Source: Podarcis bocagei (taxonomy: Eukaryota). Taken from it: a stretch of DNA of 64,000 nt. The first letter of the stretch is position 1. Every line of letters begins with the position of its first letter. The notes under the pieces are model-generated. The model was not told where the DNA came from and searched no databases. It saw nothing but the letters and a program-made list of their open reading frames with translations. Where the stretch lies: the NCBI GenBank assembly GCA_964188305.1, contig OZ076886.1, one strand, 5' to 3'. The position numbers and the translations under genes were made by a program. Positions 1 through 10,804 of this stretch are shown here, one piece after another.

Positions 1-1336
1 CATAAATAACTTTTTGTGAAGTGAAAGAAGTTGAGCCTTGCGTTTCCTAAGTTCTGTAGACGTACAGTCGCCTCTCCACTGTTTGTGAAATTCATATTGT
101 TTCTTTGATCATGGTGTCTGTTGAGTAGCTGTTTTTGTTTTTGTGCAAGAAACATCCCAAGAGACTCAGGTGACCTTTGTACTGTTCTTTAATGGAACTT
201 GTTAGAGCAGTTCCCTGCTGACAGGCATCCTTCCAGACTCCACTGTCATCTCGACTGGCACGACTGAAGCCCCTCACCAGCAGTGACATGCGGAATGAAT
301 ATAGGTGTTGAAGCAATGTGTTTTCTCGTCTCCGAAGGCTTGCTTGACTAATGGCCTGGAAAGGGAATGAATAGCAAAGCGATTAAAATGTGCACAGGAG
401 GACCTCTCAAGGCTAGGAGATTGGGTAATAAAACGCGATGCTTAACAAGTGCAAAATTATGTACAAAAAAAAACCCTCAACAGGCTTAACTGTTCTTAGA
501 ATTCTGGGTTCTGAAGTAGGTCTTGTCATGGAAGAGAGATTATTATTTAATTGTGGACAGCTCCCTGAAGACTTGATGCAGTGGGCTGCAGCTGTCAAAT
601 AAGCAGACGGGGCATTGGGAGAAAATATCACAATGCACAGTGTCTGCCTCAAGTACTGTAAGGATATGACAGACTAGAAATGTGTCATGCATAAACCACA
701 TTGGACCAAATAATATTTGCTATATGAGGCAGTGGCTTTCAGCTTAGAAGTTAGATGGGGAAGAGGGGGGGATACCATAGAACAGGGATGAGGAATCTAT
801 GGCCTTCCAGATGTTATGGAACTATAGTTCCCATCAGCTCCAGGCAGCATGGACAATGCTCAGGGGTGATGGATGCTGTAGTCCAGCAACATCTAGTGGG
901 CACCTGGTTGGGGAAGACTGATCTAGAAAGTGACAGGTTTTCTATCCGTTCCATAGATGCATACAAAATTGATGAAGAAAAATAAAGCAAACAGAAAATA
1001 TCTTGCAATGTTAGGGAATGCAATGACATTATCATAACCCAGATTCAAAAAGATGAACAGGAAACATTTCCTCATTGTGCACTGTTACTCTTTATGGCTG
1101 AGTTGAATGAGAATCTTAGTAGCTTTAAAATAGCTGTAGTAGAGGTCTTTATCGCCAACAGTATCTGTACTGGATTTGAAACTGGTTTTTTATATGCAGT
1201 TGTTTTATATACATTTTTTATTGTATTGCGAAATCACTTTGAGATGCCTCAAAGGGAGCTGTTCATAAACGAAATAAATAACAGCAGTAATATTGGTTCC
1301 AGGGGGATAATAGTAATCTGCGAGCGATGTGAGCAT
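1..1336 (-). pseudogene. Endogenous viral element: decayed N-terminal part of a Mononegavirales L (RNA-dependent RNA polymerase) gene, running off the left edge
   Basis: ATG at 1336-1334 gives MLTSLADYYYPPGTNITAVIYF, in register with the pneumovirus L N-terminal VYLPDSYLKGVISF. VKPVEGFFLYIILHL (490-446) matches RSV L IKEVEGFIMSLILNI. About 60 codons further, with a 1-nt insertion at 294, YIHPHVTAGEGL (~303-267) occupies the position of the conserved GHP motif (cf. VSV GHPFIDYYTGL). Contains stops and frameshifts, and a hAT MITE at 783-920. Reference motifs recalled, not searched. Confidence 0.7.
783..920. mobile_element. Short palindromic hAT-type MITE inserted in the L fossil
   Basis: CAGGGATG...GAAGACTG ends and an internal imperfect hairpin (ccagatgtt...aacatctag). 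Flanks CCATAGAA/ATCTAGAA resemble a decayed 8-bp TSD. Same family as 29581-29717. Confidence 0.7.
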
Positions 1337-1359
1337 AAATATAAAACTCTTGTCTACAA

Positions 1360-1369
1360 TCCTGTTCCT
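1360..1369 (-). promoter_or_regulatory. Viral gene-start-like motif AGGAACAGGA upstream of the L fossil
   Basis: Ends 24 nt before the L ATG. 9/10 identical to AGGATCAGGA upstream of M. Resembles paramyxovirus gene-start signals (AGGA-n-n-n-A-R-G). Confidence 0.45.
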
Positions 1370-1652
1370 GCTGAATTCAGTAAAACAAGAATTCACTAAA
1401 ACAAACATACATTAAAAAAATCTGGAACCTGTGCAAACAGGTGCAGAACTAAAACCTTACAATTATGTATAAAGTATTTATATTAAACATGGGGGGAAAG
1501 CCCTATTTATTTGATTCTAACTAGGGCATAGATTGCATGAAGGGTTTTTGAAAGAAACAATTTGCAGCAGAAATTTTAATAGTTGCAGAAAACAGTTCTC
1601 ATGTCTCTTAGACTCACCACATTCATACTGGTGGCATACATAGGAAGGTAAA

Positions 1653-2025
1653 GGGATGCAGGTGGCACTGTGGTCTAAACCACTGAGCCTCTTGGGCTTG
1701 CCTATCAGAAGGTTGGTGATTCGAATCTGCACAACGGGGTGAGCTCCTGTTGCTCTGTCCCAGCTCCTGCCCACCTAGCAGTTCGAAAGCACACCAGTGC
1801 AAGTAGATAAATAGGTAACGGGAAGGTAAATGGTGTTTCTGTGCGCTCTGGTTTCCGTCACGGTGTTCCGTTGCACCAGACGCGGTTTAGTCATGCTGAC
1901 CACATGACCTGGAAAGCTGTCTGTGGCCAAACGCCAACTCCCTTGGCCTGAAAGCAAGATGAGCACTGCAACCCCATAGTCGCCTTTGACTGGACTTAAC
2001 CGTCGTGGGGTCCTTTACCTTTTAT
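1653..2025 (+). mobile_element. Sauria SINE (tRNA-derived, BovB-type tail), full length
   Basis: GGGATGCAGGTGGCACTGTGG head, B-box-like GATTCGAATC, GTGCAAGTAGATAAATAGGTA body and CCTTTACCTTT tail. 12-bp TSD ATACATAGGAAG at 1636-1647 and 2026-2037. Confidence 0.92.
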
Positions 2026-2267
2026 ATACATAGGAAGTGATTCTGAACACTATTCACATAGCCACCATATATGAGTGAATAGTGTTAGGACTGTACTCCT
2101 TCAATGTACAGTGTCATACGGTACTCCAGCTCCCATCTGCTCCAACTATCATGGCCAGTGGTCAGGAATGACAGGAGTTGCAGTCTGACCTTGGGAGGGC
2201 TCCAGGTGGAGAAGATTGCTATGGACAATGATAAAAGTTACTATAATATTGCCTCTAGGAAAATCCA

Positions 2268-2563
2268 AGAAGAAGAAGAAGAAGAAGAAGAAGAAGAAGA
2301 AGAAGAAGAGGAGGAGGAGGAGGAGGAGTTTGGATTTGATATCCCGCCTTTCACTCCCCTTCAGGAGTCTCAAAGCGGCTAACATTCTCCTTTCCCTTCC
2401 TCCCCCACAACAAACACTCTGTGAGGTGAGTGGGGCTGAGAGACTTCAAGAAGTGTGACTAGCCCAAGGTCACCCAGCAGCTGCATGTGGAGGAGCAGAG
2501 ACGCGAACGGGTTCCCTAGATTACGAGACTACCGCTCTTAACCACTACACCACACTGGCTCTC
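2268..2563 (-). mobile_element. Squamate tRNA-derived SINE (Squam2-like) with (TTC)n/(CTC)n tail
   Basis: Minus strand begins GAGAGCCAGTGTGGTGTAGTGGTTAAGAGC (A-box), contains GGGTGACCTTGGGCTAGTCAC, and ends GGCGGGATATCAAATCCAAA plus a triplet tail (2268-2328). Family name tentative. Confidence 0.8.
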
Positions 2564-4189
2564 GATGAAGTCAACTGATTAGTGAATAAACTTCTTATCC
2601 ACTATTATATATCGTGATAAACATAGACCCTGTAAAAGGCATTTGTCAAGTGATTTTCTGTTTTTCCTATGGTAGTTTTTTTGCTATTTCAGTAATCTGC
2701 TCTTGTTTATATAAATTATTGTGTGATTTATGGTTTTATTATTAAGCCACTTTGAATGTATCTGTGGAGGAAAGTGAGAAATAAAGAGCCACAGTGTGCT
2801 TGTGTTGCTTAAAACCCCTATTCCTGCCTTTGAATCTGCTCATTTAATTCTGAACAATCTTTTACTTCTTGTGTAATAGATGCGGAAGGCTGTTGCTGGA
2901 CCCCAGCTCCAGTAATACCCACAAGTCATCACTTTCATCACTATCTGGTGTTTTCAGAAAGAGGGGATGATATGTATTTGAATTGGTTTATGGAAGACAT
3001 TGAGAACACAAGCTACTCATACCATTTGGAAAAACTGAGCATGTGGTGCTCAGCCGGGTGTCATTTTTTTCAATGTCCACAAGGTCATATCATTGATAAA
3101 AAAAATGTGTAGCCAAACCACCCGCCCACTCTCACTTCCACTCTATGAAAGATACACATGGTAAGGAAAGGGTTGGCCTCCCAATTGTTCAGGCCTGTTG
3201 TAGCTTTAATTTGGAAATTATGACACTGTATCCATTTATACAAAGCCAGAACTCAACATTTTACAAGCTGATAATTGAACAATATTTGTGTGCGGCTTTT
3301 TGCCTTTGATTTGTAATGTTTACCTTTTTCTTTTTTGTATTTGCTACCTCTTCTGTTTAAAAATATATAGATGGTGTTATTCAACTAACTCAGAGTAAAC
3401 CCACTGAAATTCCTCACCATGACTAACTTAGGTACAAAGTTAGTTGAATACACACATCCCCCACTGTTTTTTTCCTCATACAACCTACATTAGTTCTTTG
3501 GTACAATGTTTGAGGTGCCTCACACAAGACTCTGTCCTGCAAAAAGTTCGGTTTGAGCTGGTCTTAACTTTAGGTCACCCAGTAAAGTCAGGAGCACTGT
3601 AGCCTTCTGCTGTGACATGCAGTCTTTCAACCACTGCAGGGGCAGAAAATAAAGGACATGATACTCTGACATAGTGCTGTCAATCTATGTTGCTCTGCAA
3701 GGCTAAAGCAAACCAGGCTTCACTGTGTCCCCTGCCCATCCACCTCCAATCAAGCATTTATTTACTGTGGCAGAGAAACTCAGGGTCAGAGTGTAATCCA
3801 CAATATACCTAAGCAGTTGTACTCATTTTAATAGGACTATTCAGAAATAGGTTGTAGATTGAGGTTACACAGGCATATATGTCTGGATTCCTACATACAC
3901 TCAGTCAGAAGGATGCCATGTTGACCTCTGTGGGACTTACATGTGACAAATACATGAAGGGCAGGTTTAGAAAGTTTCCTTTTCTTACTGAACTTACTGA
4001 ACTTACATGATTCTGGAAGAGTGTTCTGTACTTGTTGTTGCCATGTTGACCTCTGTGGGACTTACATGTGAGTAAACATACATAGGGTCACCTCTTAGAA
4101 TGTTTAATACTTCTGGGGATTAAGGTAAGAACTGGACATTATATATGCCATTGGCAACTAGATTTGTATACTGAAAATGATTAATACTA

Positions 4190-4450
4190 CAGTGGTACCT
4201 CGGGTTACATACGCTTCAGGTTACATACGCTTCAGGTTACAGACTCCGCTAACCCAGAAACAGTGCTTCAGGTTAAGAGCAGGTGCTTCAGGTTAAGAAC
4301 TTTTCTTCAGGATGAGAACAAAAATTGTGCTCCAGCGGCGCGGCGGCAGCAGGAGGCCCATTAGCTAAAGTGGTGCTTCAGGTTAAGAACAGTTTCAGGT
4401 TAAGAACAGACCTCCAGAACAAATTAAGTACTTAACCCGAGGTACCACTG
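4190..4450. mobile_element. Tc1/mariner-superfamily (Tigger/pogo-like) MITE inserted in the M fossil
   Basis: Perfect 18-bp TIR CAGTGGTACCTCGGGTTA, TA TSD (4188-4189, 4451-4452), and multiple internal TTCAGGTTA motifs. Confidence 0.9.
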
Positions 4451-4479
4451 TACTACTACTACTACTACTACTACTACTA
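4451..4479. repeat. (TAC)n microsatellite
   Basis: About 9 perfect TAC units abutting the MITE right TSD. Confidence 0.95.
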
Positions 4480-5144
4480 GCCATTCAGAAATAGTTAAGA
4501 CTATGCAGGAGGGCTTGATGCGGCAAATCTCATTATGATATAAACAAGACACAAGGTAACAGCTACAAGCTACTTTGCACCCAGCCAAATATGTGTCCCA
4601 TGTTGCCACCTCATATCTATGCTGTGATCACCATTATTCCTGAAGAGGCTTGCACCTGCAATGATGCACTAGATATATCTTGGAGAGCACAGGCAACCAC
4701 AGCAAAACCCCCGCGCGGTATCCCCATATGTTTACAGAGGCATATCTTAACTTTCATACATGACTGTAAGACACATGGTGGGCACATGGGAAAACATGCT
4801 TTCTATGCAAAGTGTGAAATGGCCTTCAATCCTTTAAGCTTCTAAAAAGCCAGAATTCTGTTATCTGCCATCAAGGAATTACTTAAGAATAATTGTCTTC
4901 TCTGCAGGACATCCACAAAAGGATAACATCGCATAAGAATGGTGGACAAAGCCTGCACTTTACAGGCTGTCAACACCTGTAAGTCCACAAAAAGAAAATT
5001 GGTAATAAGCTCCGCTTTTAGAATAAGTTGGTTGTATTCTCCGCCAACTAGAGCAAGAGGCTACTGGACTCATTGTTTTCTAGCATAACTGCTCTTAAGT
5101 AATCACAGCAAAAGAGCAGCTTGGCTGCAGATGCCAAGAAGTGG

Positions 5145-5154
5145 TCCTGATCCT
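5145..5154 (-). promoter_or_regulatory. Viral gene-start-like motif AGGATCAGGA upstream of the M fossil
   Basis: Ends about 72 nt before the M ATG. 9/10 identical to the motif before L. Confidence 0.45.
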
Positions 5155-6399
5155 TGGCACAGCTTGGCTGCCTTTGTCCTTACTGTGCTTTGAAAGGTTA
5201 GTGATGCACTTATTAAAGCAGACTTCTCTAAATGGGGGGGGGCGGGGGGAGAGGAAAGGAAACAAAACAACAAACAGCTGGAGGAGGAAATAGCAGGTCA
5301 GGTCCCTGAGGCGCGGGTTTCTACAGATGGAGAGAGATCTTTCAATGACTCCCATGTGTTTAAAATGCTCTTTTACATGGTGAGAGCTACAGTGTGAGCT
5401 TATCTCTGTGTGTTTCAGACACACATATGAATCCATGTGTATGTACCTGGACATGTAGTGGCGAAGTGATACACATACTTATGTCAAGCATTCCATCAGT
5501 TTGTCCTGATTTGCACATTTGTATGGCTGGGTGACACCCCCCCCCCACTCATCTATTTCTGCAGCTGGCAATATGCATGGCAAGTGTGTTTGTTAGCATG
5601 GAACCAAAGTCAGCTAGTATGATTTTATAGGATCCCTTAGTTCGCCTGTCCACATGTCTATGCATTCCTGTCTGTGCACTTGCTCTGTGTTACTGGGATT
5701 GTTGCACTGCATTTTCATGCTTCCCTTTCTCCAAGGAACGAAGGGTAGTGTAGGGTTGATTTTGTCTTCACAGTAACCCAGAAAGGCAGGTTAGGCTGAG
5801 GGATCATGACTTGCCCAAGGGTCACCCACTAAGATAAAAGGCTGGGCAGAGATTTGACATCGGCTCTACCCACTATTTTTGTTATCTATATGTCTTATGT
5901 TGCCTTTGCGTTATCACCACTACTTTTTATATAGCAGGGATGGTGGACCTCACTCCTGGGGGTCCTCTTCAGGCCTCTCTTCACCATCTACCTGTTGGAC
6001 ATGCCTGCTCTAAGGCATAGGCTGCACTGCTTATCCACGTGGAATCACAAGCAGGTAGTGGCCAGTTACCTCTGACTGCGGCTGAGAATCCGACAGTGGA
6101 GCCCACCCCTCTTCCCATGGTCCCATGGAAGAGACTATTTCTGGTGCTTCTGGCTTTGCACAGAAAGCACAGCAGGAACTGGAAGAGCATGTTCCAGGAG
6201 TGAAAAGGGATATAAGCAAGGAAGCGCATTATACTATGGATGCCACTGTTTTTCTGGCAGAGCTCCTGCTTCTCTAACACTGGCAGCGTCGGCAATAAAA
6301 ATAAAATCCAACAGGTGAAGCTTTCCCCTCATCGAATGTCAGTGTCAGGAAATTGCTCATTTATTGTATTGTCCCTCTGTTGTTGTTGTTGATGATGAT

Positions 6400-7850
6400 G
6401 ATGATGTTGTGGAGCGCACACAGAACGGGCGTCCTCAAAAGAGAAGACTCCAGACGCACCCCTTTGCCCGAGGAAACCATTTGCCTTTATAAGAACAGCA
6501 AGGCGGTGGTGGAGCCTCTCACCTGCTCCTTGCCGCGCTTCCCCCGTCCCACAACGCTGCGTCTGCCCATCGCCTTTCCCAGCAAATTTCTCGGCCTCCC
6601 ACGCGGAGCCCATCATTCCATCTGACTCGCGACGTGATTCCTCCCCCCGGTCAATTTTGCTCTAATTGCGCGCGCTCCCCTCACACACCTTAACGCTCCT
6701 GCCCACCCCGTCGTCGAACAGCTTTTCTCTCTCCCCACGCCCACCCCCGTCTCTCTCCCGCCGCTATCCCTTGGCGGGTGAGGGAGAAACTCCGCTTTCC
6801 GACCCAGCAAGCCCCACCCCACACTCGGTGCCCTTCTCGTCGTCGTCCCCCTTCTTCACACTTTCCCCCCTTTGCCCACCAGCCCGCCCGCCACCTTCGC
6901 TCCCCGCCCCCGCCGCGCGTTTCCCGCCTTCCTTCCGCCCCTCACACCGGCTCGGCTGCCTCGCGCAAAGACGGAGCAGCCCCCGGCCGAGCTGCTGCGC
7001 CGGGGCAAACTTGGCCAAGCCGCTCCAGCGGGATTTGCTCCCGGCAGCGGGAGGAAAAGGAAAGGGAAGCGCGCCCGAGGCATCGAGAGAGCGCGTCCGC
7101 CCTGCTTGAGGCGGACGGAGGAGGCACAGCCTTGCGCCGGCCCTCGAGTAGAAGCAACCGCGGAGCCCCCGTTGCCAGACGTGGCTTCGCCTGCTGCCGC
7201 AGCCCCTTCGCGACGGGCCCTCGCCCCGGCGCTGGAAATGAAGAGAGTGTGCACGCTCTCCCTCTGGCTCTGGATCGGCATCGTCTCGGAAGCAGGTGAG
7301 TGAGCGCAGGCGCGCCTTCGACGGAGCGCACGCCGGCGGCGCCGCGCAGCTGCTGTGGGCTGGCAAGGGATGGGACGGGGCATCGCCTGGCTGCGGGAGA
7401 CGGAGCGGTCTGCGCCCGGGATGAACCTGAGCGGAAAGCTCCAGCCCAGCAACTCCGCGCTCCCTCCGCCCGCGTGCGCGGAGTTGCCCCAGCGGCTCCC
7501 GACCGCCTGGCACCGGCGGGGACGGGCATCCCCTGGCTCCTCTCACCCTTTCGCTGCTCCTTGCACGCTCTCCGTGGCCTCGGCCCCCAACCTTGCCTTT
7601 TGCCTCCCTTTCTTCTCTAGATAATATTTGCCACTTTTCAGCTCCCCCCGCTTTTATTGCTTCTTTGGATTCTGAGACCCCAGCTGTGCGCTCTTCCTCT
7701 GTCCCTTCATTCCCTTTCTCATCCCTTTCCCTCTTTTGTTAACTCCGCCGCTCGCCGGGCAAAGCATCTGCCAACTTAGTAGTGTTGTACCCGCTTCCTT
7801 CGACTACTTGTTCCATCTTTTTCGACTTCAGCTGGATGACCGAGCGCCAT
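6400..7850 (+). promoter_or_regulatory. FLT4: CpG-island promoter / 5' UTR of FLT4
   Basis: Sharp rise in GC and CpG density with GC boxes (CCCCGCCCC) around the first coding exon. TSS not determinable from sequence. Confidence 0.85.
7238..7295 (+). CDS. FLT4: FLT4/VEGFR3 coding exon 1 (signal peptide MKRVCTLSLWLWIGIVSEA)
   Basis: ATG at 7238, 58 nt, GTGAGT donor. Near-identical to the avian VEGFR3 N-terminus as recalled. Phase 1 joins exon 2. Confidence 0.95.
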
Positions 7851-8155
7851 TCAACCACCAGAGGGCACTCTTGGGTGACTAATCTTTTCCTCCAGCTGCA
7901 CGCAAAGTTCGGGCAGGAAAGGAGACTTTAGACATCCCTTTGGTTTAACCCCGCAACAGGGATCAAACCTGCGCTGGTTCCTCAGGAAGTGCCTTCTGGT
8001 GTGATCCTGCACAGTTTATCCTGCCTTTGTGTTGGTTTTTTTCTTTCTTTTCCTTTTTAATGCATTGCCTGTTGTTTGTGTGCTATGCAGACTGAGACAC
8101 ATAAGTTGGTTCAAGTTACTGCATTTATTGCCAAAACACATTGACTGGCCCAACA

Positions 8156-8372
8156 CTAGGGCTGCATTCACAAAGTGAACAAAGTGGGACCATAGGAGCC
8201 AACTCCTAGGGGCTGAGGTCCCTTCACTCTCCCCCAATAAAATATTGGAGCCCCCCCCCCAATTGATCGACATTGCCATTGAAATGGTATGTGCACGCTG
8301 CATCTTGCTATTGATTATGTGGGGTGGGGCTTACCTCCCCCCACCAATATTTTATTCAAGTTAGCACCCCTG
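8156..8372 (-). mobile_element. hAT-like non-autonomous element
   Basis: End CCAATATTTTATTCAAGTTAGCACCCCTG is the reverse complement of the start of the copy at 26244. Internal similarity too. Confidence 0.55.
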
Positions 8373-9687
8373 AGTGGGACTTTCCTTCTGAGTAGATCTA
8401 TACTGGCTGAGACTGCATGAGATGCCTGTCAGACCTGGGAGTAGGGAGGTGGTCTGCATGTCAGAGGGGCCTGCATGTCAGAGCTACTAATAAAATAAAG
8501 CTGTAGGCAACATTTGCTGAGATGCAGAAAATGTTTCTGTGGAGGAGGACTATGACACATGATTTGCTAGCGTTCAGGTAGGAGGCTATAAGGAACCAGA
8601 GAGACCACAGCAAAAGTCATAGTGCAGGAAGCTTTGCATGCGGTAAGATCAATTTTTGCAGCATAAGACCATTTTCTATCATCACAGCTCCATGCTTCAT
8701 CACTGTTGTGGTGTATTGTTTATTCCACAAAAAAGTGATTTAAAAGCAGGGTCTTAAGCATCTGAGAGGTATAGAGTGCAGCACCATGCGCATTGCAAGT
8801 CCAGACAGCTGCTGCTCAGCAAAGGTGCTTTTAAGGCATAGTGCTTTGCAGCTGGAATTGGACACTGTGATTAATTATTTGTGGGTGATGTTACCTTTCT
8901 CCTACTAACCTAATGGGTCTGAACAAGGCTAATACACACTGGGTTGCTGCCTCTGGGGTGGAGTGCACACAAGCAGCGCACATGCTTGATTTTTCATGTC
9001 CTGATACAAAGAGAACTGAGTTGATATAATGCTTCCTTCATAAGAATCAGAGTTTCTGTGAGGCAGGAGGGCAGTGTGGATTGAGAACACCACCTTTCCT
9101 AAACGAATAGCTAGAAAGGAATGAAGAATAAACAGGTGTGAGATAAATCTGGCATAGGGGCTTGAATGTGTTCTGAAAGCTGATGGTGGTGATGTTCAGA
9201 CCCATGTTCAGCTGTGAAGCTCACCTGGTGACTTTGGAGTACATTAGTTTCAATGGCACACAATTTTTTATACAAGCTTTAACACTCTTTATCTGTCTCT
9301 TATGCCAACATGAATGTCTGATGATCAGGTGCCACTATTGGCATACTTAACTTTGATTTGTAAATATTTCCTTTTACATCCAGACAGTATTGCACCATAG
9401 TTCAGGGGTGGGGTAGGTGATTTTAGCCGGTCGCTTTGTCAGCCTGTCCTATCTCCCTGGGTTATTGAGAGGCTAAAGCAGGAGAGATGAGGAGATCCAT
9501 ACATATTCCCTGGAAGAATTGTGTGTGGCGGGGTAATCATCACACATAATGTTAAGAAATGTTAAGTCTTGAGGTTTGGGTGAGGAGGTTTACAGACTCC
9601 TGTATTTGGGCTCTTTATAATAGGGATGTCTAAACTGGGGGCTTTCAGATGTTGTTGGACTATACAGATCTCATCAGCCCCTGGCAA

Positions 9688-10008
9688 TAGTGGTGTGTGG
9701 GGGCAGAATCACAGGGGTGGTTGCCCCGGGTGCAAAATTCTTAGGGGTGCAACATTTCAACACCCGGTGCTGCCTCAATACAGTGCATGCTTCCATTGCT
9801 GAGTTCTGTTGAAAATGGCTTCTCCATGCAAACCAGAAAGTGTCCTCTCCAGGCAGCGGAATTATTTCTCCTTTCTTAATCTTTGCGGCTGTGATCTCCT
9901 GGGTGCCATGGGTGGCACTAGGAATGTGCATGCGTACTCTGTCCTTTTCCCTCCCTCCTTCCCTCCCTTGTCAGCCCCTGGGCACTGGCAACCCACGCTG
10001 CGCCAATG
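9688..10008. mobile_element. Degenerate hAT-like MITE near the 3' end of the N fossil
   Basis: Decayed TIRs (TAGTGGTGTGTGGG... / ...CCCACGCTGCGCCAATG), apparently nested in a short palindromic MITE starting at ~9622. Confidence 0.5.
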
Positions 10009-10804
10009 CCTACCAGCATGGGACAAGGCCCATTCTTTGTTGCCTCCTTATTTTGTATGATAAGTTGTAAATAAACATGCACAGTCAGTTCTCCTCAGGC
10101 CCACCCAGCCACTTGGTTAAGGGTGCACCAATTTCTTGGGCCTGCAGTACATAGCTGGACTGCAGATCATACTGACTCGCCTGGCTTCATGGATCAAGTC
10201 TCCATTTACAGTGAGAGTGCTAAAAGCATCCTTTTGGCACGGGGCCAAGTAAAACTCAAACCTACCGCTTCCAGGAATGTAGCTGAGGGAGGCAGACAAA
10301 TCCTTGTAGCAGACGTAGTGGAGCATGCTGACATGATTGCAGAGGGCATATGGAATATATTATTGCCGCACTTTTCCCCGATAGATCCCCAATTGCCGCA
10401 GCACCTGCTGCAAGGACGCTTGACACAATGTGTTAAACAGATACCCCCTGCTCCTTGTAGCCTGGGACTTGGTGCTAGGCATTCCGATGGATTGCAGCAC
10501 GACCATAATTTCTCCTCTGTGGGCATAGAAATACTTCTGCAGCTGCTCTGATATCCAGTGACTGTTTAAATTAATCCCAGGATTTTTATTGCTTCTGGCT
10601 ATCTTAAAGCTTTGTTTCTTATTTCAAGCTGCTAATGAGGTGGGTTGTGTTAGTCCCATTGGTGGATTTCTCCTAAGGTCAAAACTGTAATGGTGCTTAA
10701 TGAATTGCAGTGGTATCATTGCTCCTCCAAAGTGCCTCATCATTAAAAGGACACAGCCAGGCTCAGTGCCTAGGCTGGCTCTGTGTTTTAAGCCTGGTTC
10801 TAAC

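Larger units (their letters stand above)
1520..3260 (-). pseudogene. Endogenous viral element: fragmented class I fusion glycoprotein (F) gene, C-terminal part missing
   Basis: VRVGGWFGYTFF (3135-3100) then, after a frameshift, DLVDIE..TC (from 3086), cf. HMPV F LRTGWYTNVFTLEVGDVENLTC. Fusion-peptide-like LVGITGAGV/ATAF (~2925-2885), cf. GAIALGVATAA, followed by EV...NEQI...GIGVL (HR1-like). SLFTNQLTS (2592-2566), cf. NDV F TVFGPQITS. LPMY (1647-1636), cf. RSV F LPLY. Interrupted by several SINE/LINE/MITE insertions. Boundaries approximate. Confidence 0.55.
3485..5073 (-). pseudogene. Endogenous viral element: decayed paramyxovirus-like matrix (M) gene
   Basis: ATG 5073-5071. IQPTYSKSG (5037-5011), cf. 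measles M IQPTTYSDG. VLQSCMKVKICLCKHMG (4772-4722), cf. LLKACTDLRITVRRT / LLKEATELDIVVRRTAG. YRTLFQNHV (~4030-4000), cf. TFMVHIG / NLFLHIG. VCFSL (3713-3699), cf. Nipah LCFSL. FSAPAVVERLHVTAEGYSAPDFTG*PKV (3649-3566) aligns without gaps to Sendai WAASVEITGVDAVFQPAIPRDFRYYPNV. Stop at 3487-3485. Motifs are collinear. Interrupted by MITEs. Confidence 0.7.

Noticed and set aside
92-355. Minus-strand ORF with an apparent TTTCCAG acceptor, considered as the last exon of a neighbouring host gene
   Set aside because: No recognisable host protein. The interval is better explained as shifting frames of the L fossil (HP motif in another frame).
1094-1399. Plus-strand 101-aa ORF
   Set aside because: In-phase antisense shadow of the L N-terminal frame, with no independent support.
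2104-2458. Poly-E, poly-K and poly-F ORFs
   Set aside because: Translation of a SINE (GAA)n/(GAG)n tail.
6329-7624. Many long overlapping ORFs (up to 260 aa) on both strands
   Set aside because: By-product of the GC-rich CpG island. Only 7238-7295 is supported as coding.
5155-9620. Search for a viral P/V gene here, and for an attachment (G/HN) gene between F and L
   Set aside because: No recognisable motif. P is poorly conserved, this region looks like host promoter, intron and SINE remnants, and the F-L gap is too short for an attachment gene.
10360-10440. LCQASLQQVLRQLG...stop read as the extreme C-terminus of an L protein (cf. RSV LSTNELKKLIKITG)
   Set aside because: The same frame continues about 80 codons past the stop with several further N motifs, so the stop is more likely a mutation. 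Not fully excluded without a profile search.
10123-10551. Plus-strand 142-aa ORF with SPGFMDQ and EHAD words reminiscent of bornavirus N
   Set aside because: Spacing is off by about 8 residues and nothing else aligns. It is the in-phase antisense shadow of the much better minus-strand N match.
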